A stretch of DNA of 64,000 nt from Paramoeba atlantica (GCA_977017575.1 CDRNVI010000087.1:124001-188000), one strand, 5' to 3'; shown: positions 22,801-36,032, numbered from the stretch's first letter. Notes: a model not told the origin generated them from the sequence alone. Numbers and translations are program-made.

Positions 22801-25800
22801 CGTGGTTCCCCTTCTCGCTGCACGCTTTTACCAACGGTGCTACCTCCTCATTTTTCTTAGTGAGTTCCTGATATACCTTCTGATTTAACATTGCATCTGT
22901 CACGGCACCATCATCACTTACTACTTCGCTTTCCCGCATCATCTCTTCGTCATGCGTTAACCGAGCTGAGTTGATTTTACAGCGCTCTAGAGAAACGCGT
23001 TTCGAAGAATTGTAAGCAGCATTGCGAGTTTCGGCCGATGATGGTAGACCGAGTCCACCTTTCTTGACGGGCAGTCGACACCAGGAGATGTGTTTGTCGG
23101 ACATTTTACCGAGCCATGTGCGCATTACCTCTTCAACCTCCTTATCGAATTGTTTACATAGCTTTTCGGAAGCAGCTGGCGTGTGTACCCGAGTGTGGTA
23201 TCTGTGTCGGATGTTTACGCTTTTCGAGAGTAAGAGCAGCGATATGTTGTTCAACCCCATGAGCTTTAGACGTCGAAAAATTGCTTCATGCTTCTTAAGC
23301 TTTTGCGCTAAACACTCGCTGACCACCTCATCATCTCCTATGAAAGCTCCGAGCGTCTTTGTCGCTGCGTTTTCTGTTTTTACACCCTCTGTTTGAAGAG
23401 TTTCCGGGATCGGGATTTTGTTCTTTCCACTAAACCACACGCATTTATGTTTTGCCATTTTAGAAGTCTACGCATGGAAATTTAACCGAGGGGCTAATAT
23501 CGGGTCAAATGCCCCGGAAGGGGGTTATAATTTTCATTGTTCTTTTCCCCGAAAGGGGGTTGTAATTGAATCATGTATAAAAGCTACAATATGTATTCTG
23601 AAAATTTACATATTTACTGATTACTTACTTGTAGAATCCTTTTCCTTTACGCGTTTTTTGTAAGTTCGGTTTTATAAGTCGGGGTAAAGAAGTTGACATT
23701 AAACAGATTGAAAAGTGTGTGATGTAAAGGGCACGATAATAGACCGGTCATCTATTATTGTGTTATCCTTCCCTAGTTATTTTCGAAAAAAAAAAAAAAT
23801 TACTGTGTGTTTGGGAAAATATTGTGACGTGTGTGTGGGCAGGTAGCCGCCGGGTTTGGCGGGTGCAACCCGCTAACATAGTGATATATTATAAATTTAT
23901 ATTGTTTGTTTTGAAAGGCCTATTTTGTCAAGATGATGTAGAAGCTACATACGTTTCAATTTGCTTTTCATGTATATGATATGAATAGGTGAACTCATGT
24001 GAAAATAAATTATTATTTCATCTTTATAGTTATTTTCTTTTATGTCCTGTGCGGCCCCTCGGTGTGGATTTCTAGAAGTCTACGCATGGAAATTTAACCG
24101 AGGGGCTAATATCGGGTCAAATGCCCCGGAAGGGGGTTATAATTTTCATTGTTCTTTTCCCCGAAAGGGGGTTGTAATTGAATCATGTATAAAAGCTACA
24201 ATATGTATTCTGAAAATTTACATATTTACTGATTACTTACTTGTAGAATCCTTTTCCTTTACGCGTTTTTTGTCCCACCCACCAAACCCCCATCCTATAG
24301 CCGCCGGGTTTGGCGGGTGCAACCCGCTAACATAGTGATATATTATAAATTTATATTGTTTGTTTTGAAAGGCCTATTTTGTCAAGATGATGTAGAAGCT
24401 ACATACGTTTCAATTTGCTTTTCATGTATATGATATGAATAGGTGAACTCATGTGAAAATAAATTATTATTTCATCTTTATAGTTATTTTCTTTTATGTC
24501 CTGTGCGGCCCCTCGGTGTGGATTTCTAACTCGTTTTTCAGCCAGGAGACCATGTAAGCGAGGAAATGCGTTGGCCAATGCTTGATGATCCTCGGACGCC
24601 ATATTAATATCGTCTATGAAGGCAAAAATCTTTACTTGTGGGAATTCTGCCGCAAGCGTTTCCAAGATGGGCTGCATGAAGGCGCAAAAGTATAGGGTGG
24701 ACAGCGGAGAGCCCTGCCGAACTCCAGCAGAGCTGTATATCGTTTCATAGTGCTCGCCATTCTTTCCATAATATAAAAGCTCCGATGCCTCGGAGTATTC
24801 GGTGTGGAAGAATCTTCGAAACGGTCGCAATGTACACAGACCGAAAACAACTTTCGCGATGTCACTGCGCATGGGTGAGTTGAAAGCGTTGGCGAGATCA
24901 ATGGATAAAATCGCTTTCCCTTCTTGGTAATGACTTTGTAGGCGATGTACTACCTTTTCACATCCAGACTGTATGGAGACACCGAATTGTAAAGGAGCAA
25001 ACAGTTTCTCGAGCGTGTGCTCATGTCGCGCTACCAGTACGATTCCGGCCAACTTTAGGAACACTTCGCCGACGCATATTGGTCGAATGCCTTTGTCCAC
25101 TTTTGGTATCGCTACTAGGCGGGAGCGTTTGAGGCGGTTCATCACTTGCTTCGACAGGAAACCGTTTATGAGGTCAGCAAGCATATGGCACATTGAGACG
25201 CAACATATCTCGTCATCCATAAGGAGACGGATAATTGTGTCGGTAGTTCCCGTTGGACCCGGTGCCGATCCTTTCACAAGTCGCCGACCTGCTGCTCGGA
25301 GCTCTTCAGTTGCGATTATTGCTATTTCTGGGGAATCGTCCGGGAGATCAAATGTCTCGTGGTTTTGCGGATGGAGATCTTTGAGTTTTTCGCATATTTC
25401 GTCATCCGTGAGTTCATGTGGTCGCACTTCTTGATCCAGAACTTTTGTTGCCTTGGTTACGCATCCTTCTAACGCTAGGCGGGTTGCTTTCTTAATCGTG
25501 CGCATTTCGGCTTTGCTCTTCTCATCCGTGTCCATATCATTTTCGTCGTCCCGGAACGGACGCCTCCGCTTCTGTCGACGCGATGCTGTTCGTACGACCG
25601 TCAACGAATGTTTCATCGCCGATAGGACTCTGTTCCAGATATCGTTCCTAAGATCATACGAGCTGATTGCGTAGTCTCTAATGATGTCCCTGTATATGGC
25701 GATGACGCATGGTGCAAAGTCGGCGTGGATTGCTCGGAGTTTGGGCATGGGGGTTAGATCTAAATCTTCTTCCGTGTATTTTGTAACTGTTTGGCTGACG

Positions 25801-27041
25801 TTCGTTTTGCTGCGTTCACTGTGGTCCATCGGAATCTGTCTTTTAACCCATTGTATTTTGTAAACTCGAACATTCGTTTGCGGTGGAAGAAAACCCTTGA
25901 ACGTGTTATTTACTTTGTGGCCTTGAACTCCTGAGTATTCCATCGACAACTTTGTTCGTCCACTCCTGTGATTTGCTGATGATACAGTTCCCCTTGATAC
26001 ACTAAGCGTGTCTTGGCAATCGAAACCCCAGGTCAGATCGCATATATCGCCCGCTTTTGCCTTGTTTATAGCATTGGATATTCCTTCGGCTGTCAATGGA
26101 AAATTGTATCGCGGATCTATTGTGCACGCTGATTGTAGGTCGTTATCTATTCCATTGGTTAAATTTTTGTATCCTTCGTGATCGATCGGTTCAGGTGGTG
26201 ATAGAGGAGCTGGCAATGGTGGACCCTCATCATTGTTTCGTTGTTGCACTGGCGATTCGCAATCGTGGAAAAGGGGGTCTCGATTGTCATTGTTGGAATC
26301 GTCAGTCTGCTCTCGACTTGTTGCGCCCTCGTCATGTGGACTGAGATTATGAGCCCTAGATTCTTGGACTTCGCGATTTAGTGGCGCGTGGGCCGTGGTA
26401 TCGATGTTGCCTTGGTATCCTGTGCCTGTGTTTTCGATTGGTTCATGCTGTGGCGTTTGGTTTCGGTATGTCCCTACGAAGTCTTGCCATTTCTTTTTGA
26501 TTTTAATCAACCGAGATTCTGGCGCTTGTTCATGTCCGCCTGCAATTGTCGAGGATTCCGGATGGCTTTGATCTGACGGTTCTCGCTGATCTCGCGCTGG
26601 CCCTGGGGAAGGAATGAGCGGTAGACAGGGTGGTGATGGCGATTTCAGCGCTTCGGAATCGGCCGAGGACATCTGCAGAGCTCTCGTTCGCGCTTTACGC
26701 GAGAATGCGTGCATGCTGGGACGTGGGGCGGGTGGAGACGAGGACAGCACACCCGACGGAGGCGAAGGCGGTCCACATCGTGGAGGTGAAGGGTGCGAAG
26801 GAGATTGCACGTGGGGAGCAAATGGCAACTGTTGCGGAGGTCGTGGTGGCGATGGCAGGGGCGATGGTGGTGGCGGCGATGGGGGCGGCGGTGAGGGCGG
26901 CGATGGGGGCGGCGGTGAGGGCGGCGATGGGGGCGGCGCTGGCGGGTCCTTTGGGAGCTTCTTGCGGCGCGTGGGGGGAAGCGATTGAACAACAGGAGCT
27001 ACCCCCGTATTCTTCGCCATGGCACGCGTGAGCATGCCCAT
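22801..27041 (-). pseudogene. CRE family C, interrupted by a MITE dimer (23463-24526) and cut at 22801 by the RTE insertion; REL missing
   Basis: ORF 27041-24529 (...AEKRV) resumes at 23460 (KMAKHKCVWF). GVRQGSPLS and FAFIDD are present. Confidence 0.88.
23463..24526. mobile_element. Head-to-tail dimer of a TA-targeting MITE-like element (23463-24072 and 24075-24526)
   Basis: TA at 23461-62, 24073-74 and 24527-28. Removal restores the CRE frame. Imperfect terminal inverted repeats GAAGTCTACGC / GAAATCCACAC. Confidence 0.8.
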
Positions 27042-27066
27042 TTAATAAAATTTAATAAAAATCAAC

Positions 27067-27387
27067 AATCCTGTTTCGCGACCGTGTCGCTGTCGACACA
27101 GGCCCGCGCCTGCGCCCTCCCACATAACAAGGGAAGGGTTCACAAGTCAGGCCGTGGAGAGGTCGAAAGACCCGGTCCGGAACGCGCGAATGGATTGGGT
27201 CTGGATTGCTTGTTTTTATTTTTACTGTGTCTTGTTTGTCGTATATACTTAGGGGAGATTGAATTGCTAGTTTTGGGCTGAGAAAAAAGAAAAAGAAAAT
27301 ATACTTCTGTGGAAATAAAAAGAATTGCTAATTTGATTGCTTGTTTTAAATTCATATACCCCCCTAATGGACCTACTAAAAAAAAAA
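27067..27387 (+). repeat. 5'-truncated 3'-UTR copy of the 15437-16323 family, with poly(A)
   Basis: Collinear with about 15925-16225 and ends in an A-run. Confidence 0.8.
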
Positions 27388-27420
27388 TCAACAACAAAAC
27401 AACAAAACAACAAGGTACAG

Positions 27421-28855
27421 ACCAAGTCGTGGAAAATCTGCTGATCAAGAAAATGGAGAAACACAAGTGCCTATTCCGCAGGTTGTTGCTTATGGGTCCC
27501 AGTAATTTGTCTCTTGCCATTCTCCGCCGTTGTACGATTCCACGGCACGATTACCATCTACGAGTACATCGGCCAGGCGCTACTTTCCAACTAGCACAAT
27601 CCTTCGAGAACCAAGTAAACAAAGTTCTAGAAAAGTGGAGTGGAGCAGACGCAAACGCCCTGAAACTCGCCGCTCTACCACAGAAACTCGGTGGCCTAGG
27701 CTTAATTTCCTCGACTCTGAAGCAAAAACATTTCTTCGAAACTGCCAGCAAATCTATTGATGAGCACCTTAAACCCAATAACGCTCCGGTAGATCAGAAA
27801 GGCAGCGAAAAAGCTGTGAAACAACCGCAAAGTCGAGGAGAGGCAGCGCGCAAGCTATTGAAAAAGAAGCTAAGTGCAGAACACGATAAACAGATAACTG
27901 AGCTGCAGAAGGATTCTCACATGGGACTTTTATTGAAGCGTACAAAGGAATCAAACATGCATTTAGAAAGCACCAGCAATTATGTAAACCCGTACCTCTT
28001 CCGATACACTTTGATGATGCGTTTGGGCATCGGATTACATAACGCACCGGCCGATGTTATATGCCCTGGATGCTGTGGCCATGAATCTCCTACCAGCATT
28101 ATACCACACGTCGCAGGATGCTCCCGGTGCTCGGGCATGAATTGCACCAGAAAGCACTCACACATAGTGAGGTACCTCGCAGATTTGTGCTCCAAAGCTG
28201 GTCTCCCTTGTATTATCGAACCGCGCATCCATTCTTCGTTTTTCTGTACTAAGTGCAAGTGTTCCATCTCAGCGGAAGTAGCTGAACATCATCCTTGCAA
28301 AGCCCGCAGAATCCGATCCGGTCCTGATCTTGCTATTATGTGGCCCCACATGGGGGAGGTCCTGTATGATTTTACCGTTGTTCACACTTGTTGCAGCAGC
28401 TATGCCAAACAAACAAGTACAGCGCTGATGCAGCACGTGCTCGACAAGAAATTCAAGAAGTACGTTACGGAGAAAGGCGTAGAAAGCGACTCTTTTCGTT
28501 GCCTGGCCGCCTCTGACTGCGGTCTTCTGCACAACGACACCAAAACCCTCCTCAAGGCATTATCCCAACGAGCCAAACAAAAGTACGAAGACGTACGTGA
28601 GGCCTTCCAACTCGAGATAGAAAAGCTAGCAGCGTATACTATTGTATCGCAGCTCCGCGAGTATATTCCAGAAGCACATTGGATTGGTGGACTGCGTCAG
28701 TGAGTCGACCAACAAGTTCGCACATTAGAAAAGCTCTTAAAAGTTCTTATTATTATTCACAACGATTATCCGTGTTTAGAATGCCTGCGAGATTTAGGAT
28801 AATACGAACGATCTTTGGGAGAAGGCTCAGAAAAAAAAAAAAAAAAAAAAAAAAT
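27421..28855 (+). mobile_element. Second copy of 5'-truncated CRE family I
   Basis: Same protein sequence as 17440-18714. Confidence 0.9.
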
Positions 28856-29741
28856 AGCAATTGCTAATTTGATTGCTTGTTTTTAACTCGTATACCCCCC
28901 CCAAAAAAAAAAAAAAAAAAAAAAACTGAAGAGACAGGAAGTTTCCTTCTTCCTGCTGAGGAGTGCACGTCTCTTGCGTGATGCATGTCACCTCAAAAAT
29001 CAAAATACAACACTGCATATGGTGTTCTTGATATTCAGGTCTGCGGTGCCTGCGATCATTATTTATGCTAACTTTTTCTAGTTTTGCTGAGATAAATTTC
29101 GTTGCGATGAAATTCTACTGCGATAAAAATTCTGAAAAGATAAAATTATGCTGCGATAAATTTCTGCAAAGATAAAATTATGCTTAAGACCACTTTTGAA
29201 ATGAATAGGTATAAACAAAAGGATTAAATCCCCAAATGCATATATACGGTTATGTGATCTCCGGGAAGTATTAGAACGAGCAAAATACATTGTTTTTTAC
29301 TTCGTCATCTGACTATGACGGAACCAAAAAAACATCAATCTGCATTTCGTCGGCTCAAGAAAATGGGCATAAACAATGTTTCTACCTTTAATTATTATTT
29401 TCATTAATAGATCTTGTGAAGGTAATCGAAAAAAAATTTGAAGCGTACACGTAAAAAAACATAAAAGTATACGGATTGAAATTCAGGAGGGATTATATTT
29501 GAATAGGAATTCTGAACACTAGGAAATAAATGATGCTAAACCTGACTGACACATGATCTAGAGAGAAGCTTTTCATGTTCTCGCACAAACTTATCGAAAC
29601 GTTTCCTATTACTTGATATTTTGTATAAAGCTTGCAGATTTACCGGTGCGTCATTACATACTGGAGTGGCAAAACTGAGAGGAACATCTGTTTTCGGCTG
29701 AGACTTGAGACACATTTGCGCCTCCTGGATACTTGTTTTTA

Positions 29742-32655
29742 CCCGCGAAGAAACACATGACCCGCGAAGAACACAGACCCGCGAAGAAACACATGTTAAA
29801 AAGGCCAGAGCGCTTAAGCTGGACACAGGAGCTGAAGACGTAGACCATCTCCCAATTCCAACCGCGAAAACCATTAGTCCTGATTTTATCTCCAGTGTGA
29901 TTGCCATATACAGGGACATCATGCACATCTATGCAGAAAGCGACTACGTACAAAGAAATCAAATTTGGAATAAAGTTTTGTCTGCAATGAAACTTTCATT
30001 AGCTTCTGTGCGTCAAGCCAATAGTAGACAACGGCGGCGAAGACCCATACAACAAGAGACAGTTGAACACAATCAACCAGAAGACGAGTTTTTTCATGAG
30101 GACAAGCGAGCAATCAAACGGGCCACTCGTTTGGTGCTAGAAAACTGTACATCGAAGGCTTCAAGGATTTTGGACTGTTCTTTTCAGAAGAGCACATTGA
30201 CTGATCAAGAAAAAGTCCAAAAACTACGTGCACTTCATCCAGAACAAAACTGCAATTTCAAAGTTCCGGAAGATGCACCGATTATCGCAGGAATAGCCGT
30301 ACAAGAATTAAGATGTGCAAGTAGACGACTGGCAAAAGGTGTGAGCCCTGGGCCTACAGGTAAGACCGACAGCATGGTTAGACTTCTCATAGACGACGAG
30401 CCATGTTGCAATAGTCTTTGTCACATGATGAGCGATCTGATCAACGGATTCCTATCTAGACAAGTTCTACAGCGTCTAAATCGGGCAAGACTCGTAGCCA
30501 TCGACAAGCCCAACGGGGGAGTACGCCCAGTAGCTATTGGAGAAATATTTAGCAAATTAGCTGGAATAATTCTGCTGCAAAGATACGAAAAGTCACTGGA
30601 ACCCCTCTTTGCACCAATGCAACAAGGCGTATTCTCTCAAGCGGGGTGCGAACGAATCGTACACAAGTTGCGGGACCGCTGGCTTGACGGACACTCAATC
30701 CTGACTGTGGATATGCAAAATGCATTCAACTCACCCTCACGAGAGGAAATTGCAAAGTGCGTTTTTGCTTTCGCTACACTGAAACCCTTTCAAAGGTTCT
30801 TTGCGGCCGAATATTCAAATGCTTCCGAACTTTTATTTTATGGCTCCGATGGCAGCCTGACGGACATTATAATGAGCTCAGCAGGTGTACGGCAAGGGTC
30901 CGCTCTGGCTAGTCTTTACTTTTGCGTATTCTGTCAACCAATACTCGAGACACTGGCCTCCGAATTTCCAGGTATTGAAATAAATGCATACATTGACGAT
31001 ATAACGTTAGTGTCTCGAGATTCAACCGAACTGGAGAAAGCATTCTTTAGGCTCAAAGGTCTCCTAGAAGAAAAACAGGTGAAACTAGCCGAGGCAAAAT
31101 GCGTTTGGTTCAGAGGAAAATCCGGAAATTCCATACCGAATTCGCTGAGCACCCAAGGTGTAAAGTCGGAGGACGAAGCGGTCAAAGTACTCGGAGCGTA
31201 TATTGGAGAAAACAACACAATAAGTGAACGACTTTTGCGTCAACTAGAGAAGCAGGTCACAGCTTTTCGGCGGCTAAAACGAATGGGCATCAATAATATA
31301 TCGATGATTCTTTTAGCAAAATGTGCCAATGTTCGTCAACAGTACCTGATTCGTGTCCACCCGCCCGAAACAACAGAGAAAGCATCATCACAATTCGATC
31401 AAGAGGTTGAAAATGTGGTAGAGACTTGGATTGGTCCACTCTCTCCTGATCAAATGAAAATTGTACGATTACCCGTTAAGAAGGGAGGAATGGGTTTGAC
31501 AGCGAGCAGTCCCCTTAGGGAGACGGCATATGTGGCATCCCGCTACTCGGTTCTTGAGCGCCGAAACTCTTTTTCAGCTCGGATCGACAACGCGGTGCCA
31601 TCACACCCGTCTATTCCTAAGAACTCGACAATGAAAGTCATACCAGTGGACGAAAAAGCTTCCACCAGCATTCATCATGTCGAAGTATTGAAAGAGTTGC
31701 AAACGGATCCCGACATTAAGCCCATTCTACAAGCCACATCCTTCAAAGGAAACAGCGACTGGATCCTTTCCAACGCGAAGTACATCCCTTCCCATCTCTT
31801 CAAACTCGCGATTATGCCACGACTAAATGCCCAACACCCAGATCTACCTACCAGTCTATTGTGTCCAGGGTGCGGTATTCTCCTCAATAACCGAAACGCC
31901 CTCACCCATATCCCAGGCTGTGCTCAATGTTCAGGTATAAATACGACCGTGAAACATAACTCACTTGTCGGATTTTTACATCGTCTATGCGTGAAAGCAG
32001 GCATCCCATGTGAAACGGAACCTAGAAACTTTTCTACGTGGAAGTGCATCGCTTGCCGATCCACAATCAGTCCGGAAAACCAGTTGGTACATCAGAAGAC
32101 TTGTGCAGGAAAAAAACTTTGTCGGTCTGGCCCCGATCTCGTGATCTATTGGAACACGGGTGCGGTCTTCTATGATCTGACAGTTATTCACGAACTCTCA
32201 ATGTCTAATCGTGGAAAGAAATGCACACAGTTCATGAATGACGCGCTGCAGCGAAAGTCCAACACATATGTACGTACGAACTTAATTCGTGAAGACTCAT
32301 TTCAATGTTTACCCGTACTGGCAGGAGGCGCTTTGCACCGCAATACGCAGAACTTGGTACACTCGCTAGCAGACGCGGCCATGCTAAACAGGAAACAGGT
32401 CGAACTCGAAATGAAGCTGACGATTCAGGAGCTTAATGGATTAGGGATTTATGCGCAGCTAAAGAAATACTTAGACGGCTGCACGCAAACTCAAGAATAT
32501 AGTATATAAGTTCTAAACACAATATCACTATAAGCTGAGTCAGCTTATAAAATTATATAGATTTCATTTTCGGGATAGTTTCTCTTTGAAAATTGAGAGA
32601 AGGGGGGAAGGTGAACATGTCTCACATTTGATAGTAAAAAAAAAAAAAAAAAAAA
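29742..32655 (+). mobile_element. 5'-truncated CRE family F copy (ORF to 32509, poly(A) from ~32636)
   Basis: Only four amino-acid differences seen against 37369-41436. The 5' junction carries a triple ACCCGCGAAGAA reiteration. Confidence 0.92.
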
Positions 32656-32819
32656 GAAAATGAAAGAGAAGTTCGAGTTTCTGTGAAAGAGAAGTTCGAG
32701 CGCCACGTTCGGACGTCCAACCGTGACGCGTACAAAAAAAAAAAATGTTTTATTGCATTGTCTTTCGCAGTTGCGAAGCCAGGAGAGCTCCGTTCAAAAA
32801 AAAAAAAAAATTTTACTGA

Positions 32820-33240
32820 CAACCATAATTGCTCGACATCCCTGTCTTCTAACTCACTTTGAGAATGATCAGGTTGTGGGTCAAAGTGAGCTGCAACGCT
32901 GGCGGAAAACAGTTGTCGAATTCCAGGATCACGCAATAGATACCATGGAGGATGCATGTGTGAATTCTTTTTATGCACTTTCCATTTGATGTTAATGTGC
33001 GCTTCCACGGCATAATGTCCTGTGCAAATGGGAGGGTAGATAACTCGGTGCCGTGAAATTGCAGACGCAAATCGTCGGTTCAGAATAATGTGATCGAGCT
33101 GTTTCTTGTAGCCATTCGGAAATATGAAGGTCCAGTCTCTCGAAGCAGGACAAACTTCGAATCCAGAGACAGCATCTATGTTATCCAAGAACGTTCGCAG
33201 TCCACAGTACGCAGGCGAGGATTCTTTTCCCTTCAAATCT
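32820..33240 (-). pseudogene. APE endonuclease C-terminal fragment of a second APE-type LINE
   Basis: DWTF.FPNG..KQLDHII..RRF, TGHYAV, IKWK. Confidence 0.8.
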
Positions 33241-33246
33241 TGTGTT

Positions 33247-33285
33247 AAACTTTAACGATAAAGATACAGTTTCTGTACCTTGTTG
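33247..33285 (+). other. Putative full-length 39-nt SL exon copy (AAACTTTAACGATAAAGATACAGTTTCTGTACCTTGTTG)
   Basis: CAGTTTCTGT falls at positions 21-30 and the exon ends in TTG, the same register as the 39-nt trypanosomatid SL (recalled, not searched). The first 5 nt could belong to the target. Confidence 0.8.
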
Positions 33286-34579
33286 TGTTCTTTTTTACAT
33301 TCTTACTCCCCCCCTTATGGGAATGTTCACCCGCAGTCGGGCGAAGGACACTGGAGTAGCTCCGGTGATCCAACCGCTGCCACCAACGCGTCGAAGGAAG
33401 AAAACCCCTGATGAGCGGCCGCCGACACCCGAATCGACGCCATCGCCGCCCGAACCTCCGCCGCCAGCGACGCTGACACCATCGCCACCGGTACCTTCGC
33501 CAACGGCACCATTGTCATCGGAGAATCATACGCAGCCACCGGCGCCGCCATTCACCGAGTCGCCTCAACGATCTTCACCTCCACTGCCCACACCCCTGTC
33601 GCCGCCTTCCCAGACGAGTCCAACACAACCGAAGGGGCAGTAGATCTCAAGTTGCACAAACAAGTGAAAGAAGAGCTGTGTAAAGATCCCAAAATCGGTA
33701 GAATTATATCAGCGACGTCCAGAAAAGGAAGCTACCAATGGATACACGCCACCGAAAGATACATCCCTCCAATGCAATTTACGCTTTCTGTGATGCCAAG
33801 GCTTGGTATTCGTCATCCCAAACTTCCCGACTCTCTACTGTGCCCAGGTTGCAGGACTCTATTAGATGCAGCTAGCGCTATGACCCACATACCTGGATGC
33901 GTACGCTGTTCTGGAATTAACGCGACAACCAAACATAATTCTCTGACGAGATATATTTATGAGTTATGTCTGAAAGCAGGTCTGCCATGCGCCCGTGAGC
34001 CCAGAGAATTTACCTCTTACACTTGCTCTGCATGTTCACAAGTGTTAAGCGAAGAAAACAAGATCGAACACGCGAAATTATGTCGGGGTGCAGCATTGCA
34101 CCGATCAGGCCCTGACCTTGTGATATATTGGGCTTCTGGCGCGACGTACTATGACCTAACCGTGGTACATGAGCTATCACCTTCTTATGAAAGGGTATCA
34201 GCACAAAAGGCGTTGCAGGACGCCATCGCTCGGAAGCATGCGAAATATGTAAAATCAACTATGTTGCGAAATGATCAATTTCAATGCCTCCCTATATTGT
34301 CCTGCGGGGCTCTCCACAATAACACAAAATCTCTACTACAGCTCCTGGCGGAAAAGGTCTACCGCGAACCCAAGGCGATTCTGAATGATTTTGTGCTTCT
34401 TCAACAGGAATTGAATGGAGCGATAGTTCAGGCGCAATTGCGTAGCTACTTACCGGATCCGAAAGATGAGTATGCTTATTAGAGTCGAGTCCGAGTCTGG
34501 ACTTATTTGGTGGATAAGGTAGTAATAGGAAGAAGTGGAAAAGGTAGGAGGATAAATTAGGAATACGAAAAAAAAAAAA
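33247..34579 (+). mobile_element. Internally deleted CRE (family H): SL + 5' UTR + N-terminal ~108 codons joined to Zn/REL C-terminus + poly(A)
   Basis: MGMFTRSRAKDTG... start at 33317, jump near 33640 to HKQVKEELCKDP...RSGPDL, A-run ending 34579. Confidence 0.85.
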
Positions 34580-34789
34580 GCTTAAGGATCTACACCCGGA
34601 GGGATAACGTCATTCATTGAATTCGTCGAGAGATTCAATCCAAGCTGCCCAAGTAAGAGGAACAACCGAAGAGTGACAGCAAAAAAAGTGATTGTTTGAT
34701 CAAAATTAAGAGTGGTCTTCTGTCTACGAATTTTTTCAACCGCCGTCGCGGCAAGCAGCTGAATCTCCTTCAAACCTGGAAGCCCCCTG

Positions 34790-35625
34790 GAAGCCCATGG
34801 TATCGAGCGAAGGAAAGTCGCGGAAAAAGACAATACCCACCATGGTCGACGTCGCCTGCATTGGTAGTTTGAGATATTGTGAGTCAATATTTCCCCGTTT
34901 GAAGTTTGATGAGCCGATTCTTATCATTGGATCTGTGTGTCGTTCGGCCCTCGAGCATTTAAAACCTTTTTCAGCTCGGTCCGTGCATCTCGCAGGTCAA
35001 ATGATATCGGAACGCAAATCTCAGAATGGTGAGACAGAGCCAGCGAACTTCATCTTTCGCAAACTTGTGATGTGCGAATTCATTCCAATCAACGTCTCAA
35101 AAATTGATTTCGAGCGCCTAAAACCCATTTCAGCTCAGTTGATTTGCGAGATTTTTTTGAAAAGTGTTTCGCGCCTCATAAACGCTAAAACGCCAAGGCA
35201 GCTGAAGGTCAATTTCCCACGAGAGCCCATGGTATCGAGCGAAGGAAAGTCGCGGAAAAAGACAATACCCACCATGGTCGACGTCGCCTGCATTGGTAGT
35301 TTGAGATATTGTGAGTCAATATTTCCCCGTTTGAAGTTTGATGAGCCGATTCTTATCATTGGATCTGTGTGTCGTTCGGTCCTTGAGCATTTAAAACCTT
35401 TTTCAGCTCGGTCCGTGCATCTCGCAGGTCAAATGATATCGGAATGCAAGTCTGAGAATGGCGGGACAGAGCCAGCCAACTTCATCTTTCGCAAACTTGT
35501 GATGTGCGAATTCATTCCATTCAAAGTCTCAAAAATTGATTTCGAGCGCCTAAAACCCATTTCAGCTCAGTTGATTTGCGAGATTTATTCGGAAAGTGTT
35601 TCGCGCCTCATAAACGCTAAAACGC
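34790..35625. repeat. ~1.9 copies of a 432-bp tandem repeat
   Basis: Matching landmarks lie 432 bp apart (34953/35385 and 35112/35544). Confidence 0.9.
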
Positions 35626-35669
35626 GCATATCAACTGGGTCATATCAATTAACTGGGTCATATCAACTG

Positions 35670-36032
35670 GGTCATTATGATGGACTTGAGAATGCCGATT
35701 TGTTGATTCAAATAAACAGTCTAGCACAGGAAATAAACAAGAAACATGAAATTCTAGTTGTCAAAGTCAGAGCACATTGTGGTAATTCAAGGAATGAACA
35801 TGTGGACCAAATTGCAAAGGAAAGTGCAACATCTGAGTCTATAAGCGTCGCGGAGCCCTATATGAATATATGGAGTATCATTCTGGCACAGCAGCACAAA
35901 ACATCGATGGCTCCGTCAATTTCGTCTGAACGGCAGCATCCAACAAACATATCGCCTGTGAATATTGCGTGTAAACATCCGTGTAAAGATAAAAGAACGT
36001 GTGGTCATAAGTGTTGCAAGCGACATTTGTGA
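35670..36032 (+). pseudogene. RNase H C-terminal half with a Cys/His tail, followed by a (TTA)n tail near 36100-36121
   Basis: NADL..., KVRAHCGNSRNEHVDQIAK, then CKHPCKDKRTCGHKCCK. Confidence 0.75.

Noticed and set aside
33247-33330. A functional SL RNA gene
   Set aside because: The exon is followed by TGTTC and a TE 5' UTR, with no GT donor, Sm site or tandem SL array context.
34797-35640. 411-aa ORF as a real gene
   Set aside because: The N-terminal part is a 432-bp tandem repeat that stays in frame because 432 is divisible by 3. Only the RNase H tail is recognisable.
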